Positions 34,502 to 48,169 of a DNA stretch of 64,000 nucleotides are shown piece after piece. Both the position numbers and the translations under genes were made by a program. Each line of letters starts with the position of its first letter. Positions within the stretch are counted from its first letter, which is position 1. Source of the DNA: Bilabrum cf. latius (Eukaryota); contig OZ237749.1 of assembly GCA_965178125.1 (NCBI GenBank), positions 248,001-312,000 on the forward strand, in the 5' to 3' direction. Below the pieces are notes generated by a model. That model did not search any database and had not been told where the DNA came from. It saw only the letters and a program-made list of their open reading frames with translations.

Positions 34502-37500
34502 TCAATCACCGGATCCGGATGTCTAAAGAAGAAGCAGCTCCATGGCCGCCTCCAAATCAGCACCGGTCTGCTCTAAAGCGACACGAGCCGGCTCAGCCTC
34601 GAACCCCATCTCGACAAGCTCTTGTAACTGAGACTCGGCAAACTATGACAACGAACCTTCTACACTAGGCGGGTTTGCTACACTGCCTAGATCCTACCCT
34701 GTCACGCCCTCCGCTGCATCTGGTAGCGACAGTGGCACTGTTGGCGCGCAATCTCCACAACCAGCATTCGACCCTGTCTGCGGTTCTGCGGGATCTGTTT
34801 GCCCGCGCGAAGATGCAGCACTGCCACTAGCTGGTTGTACCGACGGAGCGTCCTGCAAGATGCCACCAAGTGCAGCTGCAAGCTCTGCTTCGTCATCGCT
34901 CTCCTGAATCTCGGCTGACAGCTGCTTGTCGTACGTTGAAGACAGCCTGCTTCTCAGAGCAAGCTGGAGCGGCTCCGTTTGCTGCAAGCAGGCTAGTGCG
35001 GAGGCGCGATGGACGCCTGCGTCCACGCAGCACCTTAGACGGTTCACCAGCCGAATATAGGTCCCGATGGCTTCGTCGGGGGCCCGCTGGGATCTCTCGG
35101 ACGCAAACACGGGGAAAATATCACCCAAGTACCCTGTAAGAAAGCCAGCCTCGCCCTCAAGGTCACCTGCTAGGCGACACAAGTGAGCGAAGTTCACGGC
35201 GTGCTTCATGCTTCCCGGGTGCAAGGGGCCCTCCGCGCGCATCCCCAGTTCAAACAAGCGGGCAAGCCGCTGCCGTGCTTCGTCGTATTGGCCTGCCATC
35301 TTAAAAATCTGCCATCCCTCGTTAAGCAGCCCCACTGAGGTAGGGTGTCCCGGCGGCAGGCGCGATAGGATGGGCTGCTCAGCCTCAACAATGTAAGGCA
35401 CCGCCTCGGTGCCCCGCTTCAGCATCCTAAGGATCGTGGCAACGTTTAGAGCCGTCTCAGCAATGTGAAGATGGCCAGGCTCGAGAATGGCCTTGCGCCG
35501 CTGCAGGCACTCAAGCAAGACGGGTAGTCCCTCCGCCGGTTTGCCCAGCATCGCGAGGATACCCCCGAAGTTGTTGGCAGCAGTCAGCGCCATAATGCTC
35601 CAGCTGCTCTGCATCCCGCAGAGTTTCTCGAAAGCCTCCTTCCCAACCGCGACAGCCTCCTCGTTCTGCTTCACGTGCGCCAGAGCGACAGCCAGATTCA
35701 TCTTGGTCACAGCCAGGTCGCCTTCACGCTCGGTCTGCTGCCCGTGTGAAACAGATGGATAGGCGGGCTGCACGGTAGGATCCATGCCCACCCCCGACAC
35801 TTCGCCAAAATCGAAGTCAGGTTGCGTCTCCATGATCCGGATTACCTTCCTGTAGGATTTGATGCCCTCGTCGTGCCGACCGAGAGCAATCAGGCACTGG
35901 CCCCGAAGATTCTCGGCTCCAGTCTCCTGCAGGGGTACCACTGTAAACACGTCAAAGTCGAGGATCTTTAGCGCCTCCTACGGCCTTCCGGCGGCAAAGT
36001 GAAGCTCAGCCAGCTCCATCTGGGCCTTTTGGAGAGGCTTCGATGGATCAACATGCGATCTGCGCTCACTCTCGCTCGCGAGCATGTCACTACTCTCCAT
36101 GCTCCTCATCGCCTCAATCACCAACTCACAGTGTTCCTGGCACTTCTTCAGGCTTCCTCTAGTCCGGTAGATGGGTGCAAATTCAACCAGAATCACGGCA
36201 GCCTGAAGGCTACCGATTGCCGTACGCACCTTTGCAGGAAACCGCAGGTATTTGTAGCTCTCCTACACCATCGGTTCAATCACGGGTCCGAATTGATCAG
36301 GCGCGAGCGTAAACCAGTGCCCTGCGAGCTCCGGCCCCAGCTCTGTGATTCGTGCATCCAGCTACTGCATGTTCGCGATTGCACTGTGGTACAACTCCAC
36401 TGCCACCCCGCCATCGCTTGAGCTCTACGTGATCAATTCCTCCACAAGTCTCCCTCGCTTCTCAAGGCAGGCGGCCATGCTTCGCATTGATTGTAGGACG
36501 CGAGTCGGCACCTGTGTCAGAGTTCCAATGTGTGACGAGCTTGAGGTCATCACCATGTCCAGCTGCACGAGGGCGTGGTGTCTGATGTCGCTGGGGTACA
36601 GGTACCTGGTGAGTGGAATTGCCTTCTCGCACATAGACGACACAGCGCGATACTGCTGTAGCTTTGCCAGAAATTGCACGTAGTTCTGCTGCACGACAAA
36701 GAACTACCTCGTGGGGAACGCGCGGAATCTTGCATGCAACTCCAGAGAAGCAGTGAGGGCGCGCCCGACCGGAGCGCCGTCCTTCCGCAGCAAGCTAGCT
36801 GCTTGGTCGACGGTCAAAATGCCATCCACTGCGTCCTGCCACTCCCAAACGGCTTGAATCGCTCGCTACCACGCTGATCCATTAGACTCCACCAGCGATG
36901 CAAGCATCCGTTTTCGGCGTCTTGCCATGCACACAAACCCTGAGATGAGCACAAGGCCGAGATTGAAGTCCTCGTCGAGCAGCTCCTCAATGCACGCGGT
37001 AGCCACTTCAGACGGAGAGCGCAAGTGCTTGTCACACGCAGGTGGCTGCAGGTCAGAGCCCGAGCCGGGCTTGCTCGTGGGCACGAGATGGTCTGCTGCA
37101 TCATCTGAAGCCAGCCAATGAGACGGCAACAGCTTAACGTACTCACTATGAAGATTTACCGCTGCGTCTGATGTGCCACCACCTGGTATTTTAAGCGTGT
37201 CCAGAAAGTTCCGCAGCCTTGCGAATGAGACTAAGTTGCGTAACTCTAGCATGGTAGCGGGCTAGTATTGCCCAAAGATGCATGACTTCGACTCTGTGGC
37301 ATGTGCGGCCGACCGAGTCCGAGAGCGCGACTGCAGCACCATGGCGACGAGTGCAAATGGCCCCTTCACGATTGAATACGCCAAGTCGCGCGATAGCATT
37401 GCCCTGCCCTGGGTCAGTACCTCGAGTCGCAGCCTCTACAGTACGGAACTAGTACTGCTATCTGCCACTAGACTCGCTGAGTACGCTAGAGCAGTCTGCG

Positions 37501-40500
37501 CCGACCCGAGCTCATTAAGCAGAACGGAATCAGAACAGGACGCGCGAGAGATTTCGCGACTGATTCTCTGCAGATTGGCAGCAGTTGAAGCCAGCACAAA
37601 GTCATCTATATGCCTGCCAGCACGGCCACCTGACAGGAGTGCTATACCATCCTCCCTCTCTACCTCGCTCGCAACACCGCCAAGCCCGCCTGACACGGCG
37701 AAATGCTTCAGCCTCGAATGGACAGCTCCACCCAAAATTGCAGCAGTATCGGCATCGATAATCTTCAAGTCCTCATCCTAGGTAATTTCCGAGTACAGCA
37801 CGTGCTCGATGGCACTGGTCTGCCGAGAAGCTTTTGAGCTGCTAGCAGCGGCGTTGCTAGCCTTGGCGTCGGTGCTACAGGGCCCCGCCACCTGCGCCAC
37901 TGGTGGTATTTGTTCATCAGTAGTGTGGCTTTCTTGTTGCTTTGGTGCAGGTTCATGGCAATCATCCTCACCAGTCGTGGCAATTTCTACCGACAGCTGA
38001 GGCTTGGCTGTCAGACTACGCGCCATACATCCACTGTGACACCGTGCCCACACGTGCAAGACTGCGTCCAAAGACGCTGCCGGAAGCCCTGGACCAAAAT
38101 GGAGCTAACTTGGTTCCCAAAATTCGATGCCTGTGCGCGAATCGGAGTCGCATTTCCTAAATCCTAGCATTGACGGGTTGACTGCCGAGATCTTTGCGCT
38201 GGAGGCTCGCAGGGTCAGCACGGCCTGAAGCACTGCTGGACATGCTGCGTGAGACGATGACGAGGATTTGCATGTGGCACACACAGCGCTCACAGCGGCA
38301 TTGAGTTCTTCTGCGGCGATCGATCCGGGACTGGGGAGGCATGACACAGCGTACACGAAGCCGTGGTGCGCTGGCAATTCGGTACCACTCGCTGCACTCG
38401 CAGCAGCGTACAGCTTCGCGGCAATGGTCGCATGCCTTAAGCCGAGCCCGTGCCTATGCAGCACTTCCTTGGTCGATCTCCTGATCTCGGCAATCGATGA
38501 CCAGCTAGTCTGCATTTCTGGGCTCCCAGAGTCTTCCTTATGGAGCACGTACGCGATGCCGGCCCTGTCAAAGGGGCTGCTTATCAGCGATGACGGGAGG
38601 AACTGCTTAGAGCTTTGCACACCAGCCACACGAGCGCCATCAGCTCTGCCAGACAGTGTAAAGCGCTCTCTGTCCTCAGCAAGCATGTCCGTCAAGACCT
38701 CCTTTAGGGTGCCACCTGCCGATGCACGTCCCGTACGACGTGCGCGGGAAGAACTACTTGCAGGATCAGTGGCTTGCATGACATCGTGCCACGCTTTGAC
38801 AAGTGCCTTCTTGCCTGTGATCCCTTTCACTGTCTTGAGTAGGATATCGCGGTGCGCAATGCGGGTCTCTTTGGCTCTCTGGTTGCCCTTTTCCGATCCC
38901 ATCATGCAGTCTGGAGACACTGCCGGCAACCCTTTCTCCTTTGCCACTGTAGCGGCTGCTGGAGGAAGCATGCAGGACAAAGGCACCACTTTTCCGTGGT
39001 ACAGCTTTGCAGAGCTTACCACGGCGCACACGAGCTCGCGTTCCACGCCGCCTAGGTGCACAAGCGCGTGCGCGGTCGGCTTCATGATGACAACGCCTGC
39101 TCCGGGCACAACCTGCGATACGCTCAGCTGAGGCTGTGGCGTGGCGCACCCCGCAGGACACATGTGGGCGACTACCTGCTAGGTACGCTCCAGTAGCGGG
39201 CGAACGATTGCATCCATCCACCGCAAAGCCGATCGTATCCTGGGATTGTATGCGTCAACACTAGCTGCTATGCCAGGTGGTAAGGGCTGTGAGAAGCATG
39301 CAGGAAGGCTCGTAGTGGCGTCTTCGAATGGCACCTCAATTATTGAGGCCGTCAATGCCGTGCGATCTGATGCACTGTCCTCGCAACTTGCTTGATCAGA
39401 GCCAGATTCTTCTCTCCTACAATCACCTCGGTGAAACAGGGCCATCTAGATTGATTTAAGAGGCTTTGTGAGGTGCTGCGCTGCGACCGCATCTGGCATG
39501 AGCAACCTGTGCGAGTCCAGCAGGAAGGCCTCACCATGCTAGGACACGTGCAGCTCTACGTCGAACGGCAAGCGAAACGAATGCTTTAGCATCTCACAGC
39601 CGTCCACGGCCTGCACAGTCTGTGCATGCGCCCGCAGCGCGCGATCGATTGAGATCGCTTGAAAGAGTTTTCCAGTACATTCGATCACTTTTCTCTGCAT
39701 TGGGTCATCACTGGTCTCCAGACCCTCAAGCACGTCATCTACAGATCTACTGAAGGGGGCTGGATCACGGCTGTCGCTTGCTGTGCCGCTACCACTTTCA
39801 ATGAAAGGCATGTCTGATGTGATGGGTTCGTTTCCACCCTTGGCAGCAGTCGCTGCTCGTGGCCTGGTTGCCATGTCAACCACAATGTCGTCATACGCGC
39901 TCGCTGGAGCCAGCGCAGTTGAAACTTGCACTGGTCCACAGCGTCCATCCGAAGTGCTCTACTGTTGAGCAAGCGGGTCCGATGGTACCGCCTACGTCAC
40001 TGAGCTGCTTGCCAGGTTCGTCCAATCTTCAATCGCTTCGTCGTAGCCGGTTGCTGCCGCCGTTGCAGGACCGCTACCAGCACCAGCACCAGCACCAGGA
40101 CCAGCACCAGGACCAGGACCAGCACCAGCACCAGCACCAGCACCAGCACCAGCACCAGCACCAGCACCAGCACCGGATCCGGAAGAATCTCCCAAGGCGA
40201 GTGCTGATTGCAAAGTTGGCTCCGCACCCTAGTATTGATCGATGCCTGAGACTGACGCTAGCCTACTAGGTGCCAGTGTATCAAATACAGGAGCAGTCCC
40301 AGTGCCCATGGCACCCGATTTGGGCCCTGCGGTATCAGTGCTACTGCCTTGCGATGAGCCTGAAGACCTTGGCGCGGGGTGGTGCACGTCACCGCCGTCA
40401 CGTTCCACCGTTCTCCCTTCGGGCGCTGAAGGCCACAAATTCCGGATCATCTCAGCATCCACGGGGAGCTCTCGAATCGGCTTGAAACCATGGGCCACGA

Positions 40501-41560
40501 TTCTGCACGGCTTTGTGGGAGGAAAGGGAGCCAAGTGAAACCTATCGGCAAGGGCAGCTTCAGCAGCTTCCAACGTTGGGTCAACATTTCGAGTGATGCC
40601 ACCGTCTGACGACCCGGACCTGAGCGTGCCTCCACCAACAGGAACTGCAGTTGTGGCCGACATTCGCACCACCCTTGCCACCCGTTGAGCTTTGCATCCT
40701 CCTGACTCTATTCTTTCGGCTCCGTCAACAATGCTTACCCCTTCAAGAAGCTCACTTGCCACTGCCAGTGGGCCCGCACCAGCGAGCGGCCTCGTCCACG
40801 CCAGCGGCGGCCCAACCGCGCCAGAGGAGGTCTTTGCGGCCTCGTCGGCATGAAAGTACCCACCCATTATGCAAAGAACTGCAGCGTTGCTCGCAATATG
40901 CTGCGCGTTCGCACGAATGGGGTAGCCAGCGGGCGAAAACACGCACATGTCAGACCAAGAAGAAGCTGACAGGGTGCTCGAACTCCGCCGCCCGATTTCT
41001 GGAGAGGCGTGCTCTGACCCACTCCGAACCCAATACGCACAGTCGACAGTTGTACCTAAGGGGGCATTCAACACATCGAGCAGTTTCTGGCCAGGATGCG
41101 AATTTGAAGCCTGTCCCGCCTGCCCAGCCTGGTGGACGAATCGAATGGCGTTCGCTTCGTGCTTAGCTACCTTCCCTGCCATAACATCGTTGCCGTACAA
41201 GTGCTTGTCGTCAAAGGCAACTTTGAAAAATACTCCGAACTTTGTGTCGATCGCCTTCGCTCCTCCAGCAAAACCACCATGGACTCTCTATAGCCGACAG
41301 CGCAAGCTTTCATGCAACAATGTCGGCAAGGGTGGTTCCAGGAACCTAGGTACGGGTAATTGTGACCCCAGACTATCGTCAATTATCACTTTCGATAGCC
41401 TTGCGCTGCGTCCAGCAAAATGAGCTTCGAATCCAGCGCCTCTGAGCAATGCTGACTTGTCCGCCTTCTACCCTAGTCTGGCTGCCAGATATTTCTTGGA
41501 AGCAGTGAATCCATCATGCAAATACGGGTCAATATCATGAATACGAAATCCAGAAAACAT
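34502..41560 (-). CDS. Giant Clu-domain + TPR-repeat + C-terminal UBA protein (~2350 aa); start approximate
   Basis: Twelve track ORFs (34694 to 41468) lie in one frame; the junctions checked are TAG and the gene ends at TGA 34502. GGFAGGAK...[24 protein letters not shown] and [11 protein letters not shown] are Clu-like; kinesin-light-chain-type TPRs ([16 protein letters not shown]); [36 protein letters not shown]. Confidence 0.8.
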
Positions 41561-41666
41561 GCAAGCAAGTGAATAATACCACGGATGGACTTGGTACCGT
41601 GCGGTTTGCATATATATCGGATACAGTAGACTAGCACAGAAACAGCATCTAGTAAGACAAGTAAGC

Positions 41667-42795
41667 ATGATTCGGGAACTTGTTGCAGTCAGCATCGGTT
41701 ATGCTACATTGGGAGCAGCGACAATGGGTGTAGACGTATCACAAGCGACTTTGGTCGATGCATGGAAGTGTTTGAACGGGCAAGGTTATACTTTTGGCAT
41801 CATCCGCTGCTTTGAATCGACTGGGCGCCCTGATAACAATTGCGTGAGTACAAGTTGCTGTGGTTCATTCATGAAATGCTGCGGCGATTCATGCGACCGT
41901 GCCCGGATCCTTCTGTTGCCTTTGCACCGCAGCCTCATACGATCTATAACGCGCACGACGGCGGGCTGCAACATGTCGATGTGTACTTTTTCCCGTGCCC
42001 AAAGTGTTCTGAAAGTGCGACCGACCAGGTCAGTGCCATGCTCTCCAATTTGGCTTCGTTCAACATCCACCATTCGGATGCGGGCGGCCAGGGCACGTTC
42101 GGCACGGTGTGGCTCGACATTGAGGGTGAGAGGTTCGTCTGACACGCCGGCATACTATGATGATTTCGGTTATTGCATTAGAAGTGCCTATGACATGTCA
42201 ACACGACGCCCGGACCTTTCTCTGTGATGACCGCTGACCGGCCCGAACCCTAGATCGATCTCATTTCATTCCGCAGGACCCCAGTACTGGCACTCGTCCC
42301 AGAGCGAGAACTCCGCATACATCCAGGAGGCCATCCAGGCGCTCAAGGCCAAGGGTGTGCCCGTGGCCATCTACACCTCCGAGTCCCAGTGGAGCCCCAT
42401 TACCGGCGGGGCGACGTTTGCAAGCGACCTGCCTCTATGGGTGAGAGGGGGGCGCGGCTTGCCGTTATATTAAGCCTCAATTTGTGCTAGATCTAGTCTC
42501 GACTTTCGAATTGAATCCAAGTCTGGGCTCATAGAGTCCAGCGCACTAGCTGAAACGCCTGGCTCCCCTCTGGACGTATTGGCAGCTGCAGCGCGCAGAT
42601 CCGATCCTCTCAGCTCTTGTCTCCTCCATCTTTTCTGTTTCTCCCCTGTGACGCGCGCAGTACGCTCACTACGACGAGTCGCGTTCTTTCAGCGATTTCC
42701 GCCCCTTCGGCGGGTGGTCGAGCCCTGCCATGAAGCAGTACGGAGGGGACGCGACCGTCTGCGGTGCTGGCGTGGACCTGAACTGGTACCCCTGA
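41667..42795 (+). CDS. Secreted GH25-like (protist-type) lysozyme, 4 exons
   Basis: Introns 41844-41932, 42126-42276 and 42441-42660 (GTGAG...CAG). Spliced motifs [59 protein letters not shown]. Confidence 0.92.
42474..42596. repeat. ~125-bp dispersed repeat in lysozyme intron 3; second copy at 52767-52890
   Basis: GCCTCAATTTGTGCTAGATCTAGTCTCGAC...GGCAGCTG(C/T)AGCGCGC present at both loci with few mismatches. Confidence 0.9.
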
Positions 42796-43276
42796 GCAGC
42801 AGGGGATACCAAAGAGAACGGATCGGACGGTGGTGATGGTCAAATCGGTCGGTCCTTCTTGTGTGGTTAGGCTTCACCAGGTGATGCCAGTAGGTCGGTT
42901 GGGCTGCGGTGGCCTGCTACTCGTTGGGTGGCATGCCGTCCTATTCATCGACTTCGTCCACTTCGCTTCGCATTTTGAAAAGCTGTGGCGTGCTAGGCAC
43001 CAGACAGCTAGTCGCCGTCGAGACTTCCGGGCCAAGTGCAGGCTGACCTGACCAAATAGCAAGTAGAATAATAGCACGCAATTCACACAGTGACAATACG
43101 GAGCATGTAGCAGAAATAAGCCCATTAACAGGAATCCCACCAGTGGAGTCTGATGGACTGTATGCACCATGACCTGAAGAGGCTCCGCCGCAGCAGCACC
43201 GTGTTGTGTGCAAGTGTGGTGCCGCACCACTTGAACATCTAGTGCCAATGGTGCGACCATCTCGACAGGACTGAAG

Positions 43277-44560
43277 ATGAAGATACACCGACTCCGAAGC
43301 TCGCCGGCGATGAAGCGAGCAACACGCATTCACAAAGAAGAGCTTCGACTGAAAATGTGCTGCTTTCGCCTCCAGCAGTTAAGAAAAGGTTTGATTTGGT
43401 TCTGGGGCATTGCCTGTCTGGCCTTCACGCTGTTTGCGCTGCACCGACTGGTCTACTTCGGGTATTTCGACGACGCTCCTTTACCAGCCGGTGTCGAGGC
43501 CCAGCTCGGCATACAGATCAAGACAATCCTTTACATTCACATGTGCGCAATTCAATGTATAGCAGTTTGTGAATGTTTGGCTTGTATCGATGCAACGGCG
43601 GAAAAGCCCGAGAACGCTGATGTCTCAAGCACTCCATGCGACGCTTTGTATCTGATTGCAGCAGTCCTTACGGTTGGCATTCTCATTGCTACTTGGTTTA
43701 TCATTGGCGAATGGCTCTACTGTTTGTCTACAGGCTGCTCTGAGAGGACAGGCACGCTGCTCAGTCTACTCGCGGAAATTGTAGGCTACGTCTCATTTGG
43801 AGCTGAATGCTTTTGGATTCTCATCATGCTGTACTGGAGGTGCCAGAAGCAGTGCCAATCGAATCAAGCAGCCAATCAAGATGATAAGCTGATCGTGCGG
43901 CAGGCGGGCCTCGCGAACCAGTCAACAAGAGCAGCTGCTCGAGTTGGCGACTGGGCTGGCTAGGTCGATCTCCGGCGTGCTCCAGCTGCAAGCAACGATG
44001 ATAATACTGAACACAAGCTAGAGGACGGAGATTTTGCAGTGGACAGCGGCCTAGCCAGAGCAGACGATGGTCCCCAGACAGCTGAGCATCCGCTCAACGG
44101 CCAGCAAGCCCGAAGTGGAGCAGCGGCTGCAGCGACTGCTGAGGAGGACGCACGCATCATGGCTTCCCAGGCAGGTGCAGCATTGGACGGATACAAGACT
44201 GTGCGCAACCCCATGCGCCGCCAAGCCGGCAGGCAAGCGCGTGGAGCTGCGGGCTCTGCAGCATCCGCAGTTCGCCGAGCGATACATGGTATGCTCTTCG
44301 ACCTTCAGTACAAGCATGAGACTACTGCCAGAGGCATCATAATGCACATGCGGGCCATCCAGGATCTAGCAGATCAGGCGCGCGATGCCAGTGCGAATGA
44401 TGGCAGCGTGAACTAGGCGTTGGAGGGGGTCCTGCAAAAAACGCAGCGGGTCTTGGACAGCTTCCGCAATGCGCGTGACGATGCAGCAGGGCTGTTGGCT
44501 GCCCAGCAACATGAGATGAGTTCTCTCGAAGATCTCGCTGATTTGCTACCGAAGGAGTGA
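43277..44560 (+). CDS. Hypothetical multi-pass membrane protein (~427 aa), paralog of 24351-25637
   Basis: ORFs 43277 and 44039 in frame via TAG; continues past TAG 44414 to TGA 44558-44560. Confidence 0.65.
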
Positions 44561-44805
44561 TGCATCGCTTGATGAGCGAATGCATACCGTGGTATGCCGC
44601 CAGACGTACTGCAGCTGCCCAGCAGCCAAACTTGTGTTTTTGAACACAGAAACAGAGAACGAAAACTTCAAGCGGTTCTTAGCTATCAACATCTATTTCA
44701 TTGCAACACAAATAGCCCTAGCAATGCGAGAATTTGACACAGTGAATGCGCCCTTTCTCTATCGCATGAACCGAACAACACTTCGCGCACTACTCACTAG
44801 CCTGA

Positions 44806-45426
44806 TCAGAGGTCTTTCTTCTCTTTTATACTCATGTGCTTGGATACAAGCTGCGGCGATCCCACCTCGAACTCCGGTTCGGGTACAGGTTCGTACGTTC
44901 CAAATCCACAGTGTGATACCTGCACCTCCGGCGGGATGTATATGCTACCTGGGAGTCGGCAGCCCACATGGTCAGCGTACCAATACTTGGCAAAATCCAA
45001 GTCGCGCCAATCTGGATTTTTGTGTTGCCTGAGCGTACGGGCAAACCGTGCTCGTATAGTAGCGTGGAGGACCTGCGAGAATCTGGCTCTCCTACGAGCC
45101 TCATGCTCATCCAGCCACTCCAGTCGCATGTACACAATATCCTTGTGTAATTTACAGCCCTTGTATACTAATCGCGAGTGCGTGGTCACCAATGCAACGT
45201 GGCTTGTCCAATACTTTACTAGTGCTTTCTCGCAGCGAATTGACACTGTCATACCCTCCAGGAGTTCAATAGAGCGATATCCCACGGGATCTGGCGGAAT
45301 GTATACAACTGGTTTTTCCTGTGGTGTCGTGGCTGGTTGCGCATGATCATTTGGCCTTCTCTCGATCAGCTGCAGCTTGCGGCGCTAAACTTTCTGTTCG
45401 CAGAGCTCGCTTGGAACCAACGCCAT
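44806..45426 (-). CDS. Hypothetical protein (206 aa), paralog of 25882-26502
   Basis: ATG at 45426; a TAG sits where the paralog has AAG; same length and TGA stop. Confidence 0.55.
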
Positions 45427-46080
45427 CCTGTTTGATTCAGGCTAGTCTGAAAGGGGGCATGGCTGTAGTACTTTCACTGGCACCAAGAAGTCTAGGCCAG
45501 ACCTGAACACCTGAATATACACGCATCGTTATCCTTTGGCAAAGCACACGCAACAAGGAGTAGTGGCCCAGCCCCAGGCCTATGCAATTTGGGGACACAA
45601 TTGGTGTCCCCAAATCCCCAAACAAGTCTTTTCGAAAACACTTATTTGGGGTTTATTTGGGGACGGCCTGATTTGGCAGGAAACACTTATTTGGGGATTA
45701 TTTGGGGACAACCCAGGGATGCCTCACTCGCCGATCCGATCGGCGATCGACAGCGGAGGGGGCAGCGGTTAGGGTGGAGCTTCTTGCTGTGAGTAACTCA
45801 GTGCGCGACGTCCGTGCGTGTGTCGAAGCAGCCAAGTATGGGCTACCCAGGCGCGACCGCTGACCTGCCAACCAGCAGGGTACAAAAAAAGAAAAACCTC
45901 GGGTGGGGTCTCTACCCTAGGGCTGCCGATCTAGAATCGCTGGCGCTGTCAGCTACGCAAATCACATTTGGATGTTTAGTGGACAAATTATTGTTTAATT
46001 ACACAAACAATTTCGCAGGAGAAGGCAACCAGAACCAGGGCCAGGCCATGCCACCAGGAGGGCCGACACTATCCCATACA

Positions 46081-47922
46081 ACACACATGAGGATGCAACC
46101 AATATTTCGATCCCATCATCACCATGCATACGTCCAGTGCACACACTGAGCGCCCTCCTGTCTCTTGTCTGCAAGCAAGGGTCGTGCACGGCCGGTGCTT
46201 GGCCTGTCGATCAGCTCACCTGCATCTCGACCTGCAGCGGCCCACCCAACACACATGAGGACGCAACCAATATTTCGATCCCATCATCACCATGCATACG
46301 TCCAGTGCACACACTGAGCGCCCTCCTGTCTCTTGTCTGCAAGCAGGGGTCGTGCACGGCCGGTGCTTGGCCTGTCGATCAGCTCACCTGCATCTCGACC
46401 TGCAGCGGCCCATACAACACACATGAGGATGCAACCAATATTTCGATCCCATCATCACCATGCATACGTCCAGTGCACACACTGAGCACCCTCCTGTCTC
46501 TTGTCTGCAAGCAAGGGTCGTGCACGGCCGGTGCTTGGCCTGTCGATCAGCTCACCTGCATCTCGACCTGCAGCGGCCCACCCAACACACATGAGGATGC
46601 AACCAATATTTCGATCCCATCATCACCATGCATACGTCCAGTGCACACACTGAGCGCCCTCCTGTCTCTTGTCTGCAAGCAAGGGTCGTGCACGGCCGGT
46701 GCTTGGCCTGTCGATCAGCTCACCTGCATCTCGACCTGCAGCGGCCCACCCAACACACATGAGGATGCAACCAATATTTCGATCCCATCATCACCATGCA
46801 TACGTCCAGTGCACACACTGAGCGCCCTCCTGTCTCTTGTCTGCAAGCAGGGGTCGTGCACGGCCGGTGCTTGGCCTGTCGATCAGCTCACCTGCATCTC
46901 GACCTGCAGCGGCCCACCCAACACACATGAGGACGCAACCAATATTTCGATCCCATCATCACCATGCATACGTCCAGTGCACACACTGAGCGCCCTCCTG
47001 TCTCTTGTCTGCAAGCAAGGGTCGTGCACGGCCGGTGCTTGGCCTGTCGATCAGCTCACCTGCATCTCGACCTGCAGCGGCCCACCCAACACACATGAGG
47101 ATGCAACCAATATTTCGATCCCATCATCACCATGCATACGTCCAGTTCACACACTGAGCGCCCTCCTGTCTCTTGTCTGCAAGCAGGGGTCGTGCACGGC
47201 CGGTGCTTGGCCTGTCGATCAGCTCACCTGCATCTCGACCTGCAGCGGCCCACCCAACACACATGAGGACGCAACCAATATTTCGATCCCATCATCACCA
47301 TGCATACGTCCAGTGCACACACTGAGCGCCCTCCTGTCTCTTGTCTGCAAGCAGGGGTCGTGCACGGCCGGTGCTTGGCCTGTCGATCAGCTCACCTGCA
47401 TCTCGACCTGCAGCGGCCCACCCAACACACATGAGGACGCAACCAATATTTCGATCCCATCATCACCATGCATACGTCCAGTGCACACACTGAGCGCCCC
47501 CCTGTCTCTTGTCTGCAAGCAGGGGTCGTGCACGGCCGGTGCTTGGCCTGTCGATCAGCTCACCTGCTGACACCTGCATCTCGACCTGCAGCGGCCCACC
47601 CAACACACATGAGGACGCAACCAATATTTCGATCCCATCATCACCATGCATACGTCCAGTGCACACACTGAGCACCCTCCTGTCTCTTGTCTGCAAGCAA
47701 GGGTCGTGCACGGCCGGTGCTTGGCCTGTCGATCAGCTCACCTGCTGACACCTGCATCTCGACCTGCAGCGGCCCACCCAACACACATGAGGATGCAACC
47801 AATATTTCGATCCCATCATCACCATGCATACGTCCAGTGCACACACTGAGCGCCCTCCTGTCTCTTGTCTGCAAGCAGGGGTCGTGCACGGCCGGTGCTT
47901 GGCATGTCGATCAGCTCACCTG
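46081..47922. repeat. 168-bp tandem satellite (~11 copies; copies 9 and 10 are 178 bp) inside the hAT element
   Basis: Unit starts ACACACATGAGGA at 46081 + n*168 up to 47425, then 47603 and 47781 (10-bp CTGCTGACAC insertion). Confidence 0.95.
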
Positions 47923-48169
47923 TATATTGATGTGGAACCTTGTGTTTCAATTTTACTTCATTTGTACGTGATTTTTACGGAAGCCGCCTTTTCATCGTTT
48001 GTACACTTTCGCATGTTTAATCAACTTACATAAAGCACGTGCTAACCATGTACTAAATCTCATTCTGTGCAACGGTCAAAGAAAAATATATCGCCACCGC
48101 GGCGTGGTTGCATGCCCAGGCACGTACGTCGACTGCCTCCGGCTTTCACCCTCGATCTCACCGCATACA

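Larger units (their letters stand above)
42984..45519. repeat. Segmental duplication copy 2 (homologous to 23328-26595)
   Basis: Direct sequence comparison; lacks the retroelement insertion. Confidence 0.93.

Noticed and set aside
46137-47570. 477-aa Cys-rich repeat protein
   Set aside because: Produced by a 168-bp unit divisible by 3; one open frame of six is unsurprising with only two stop codons, and 10-bp insertions break it. Not called as a CDS.
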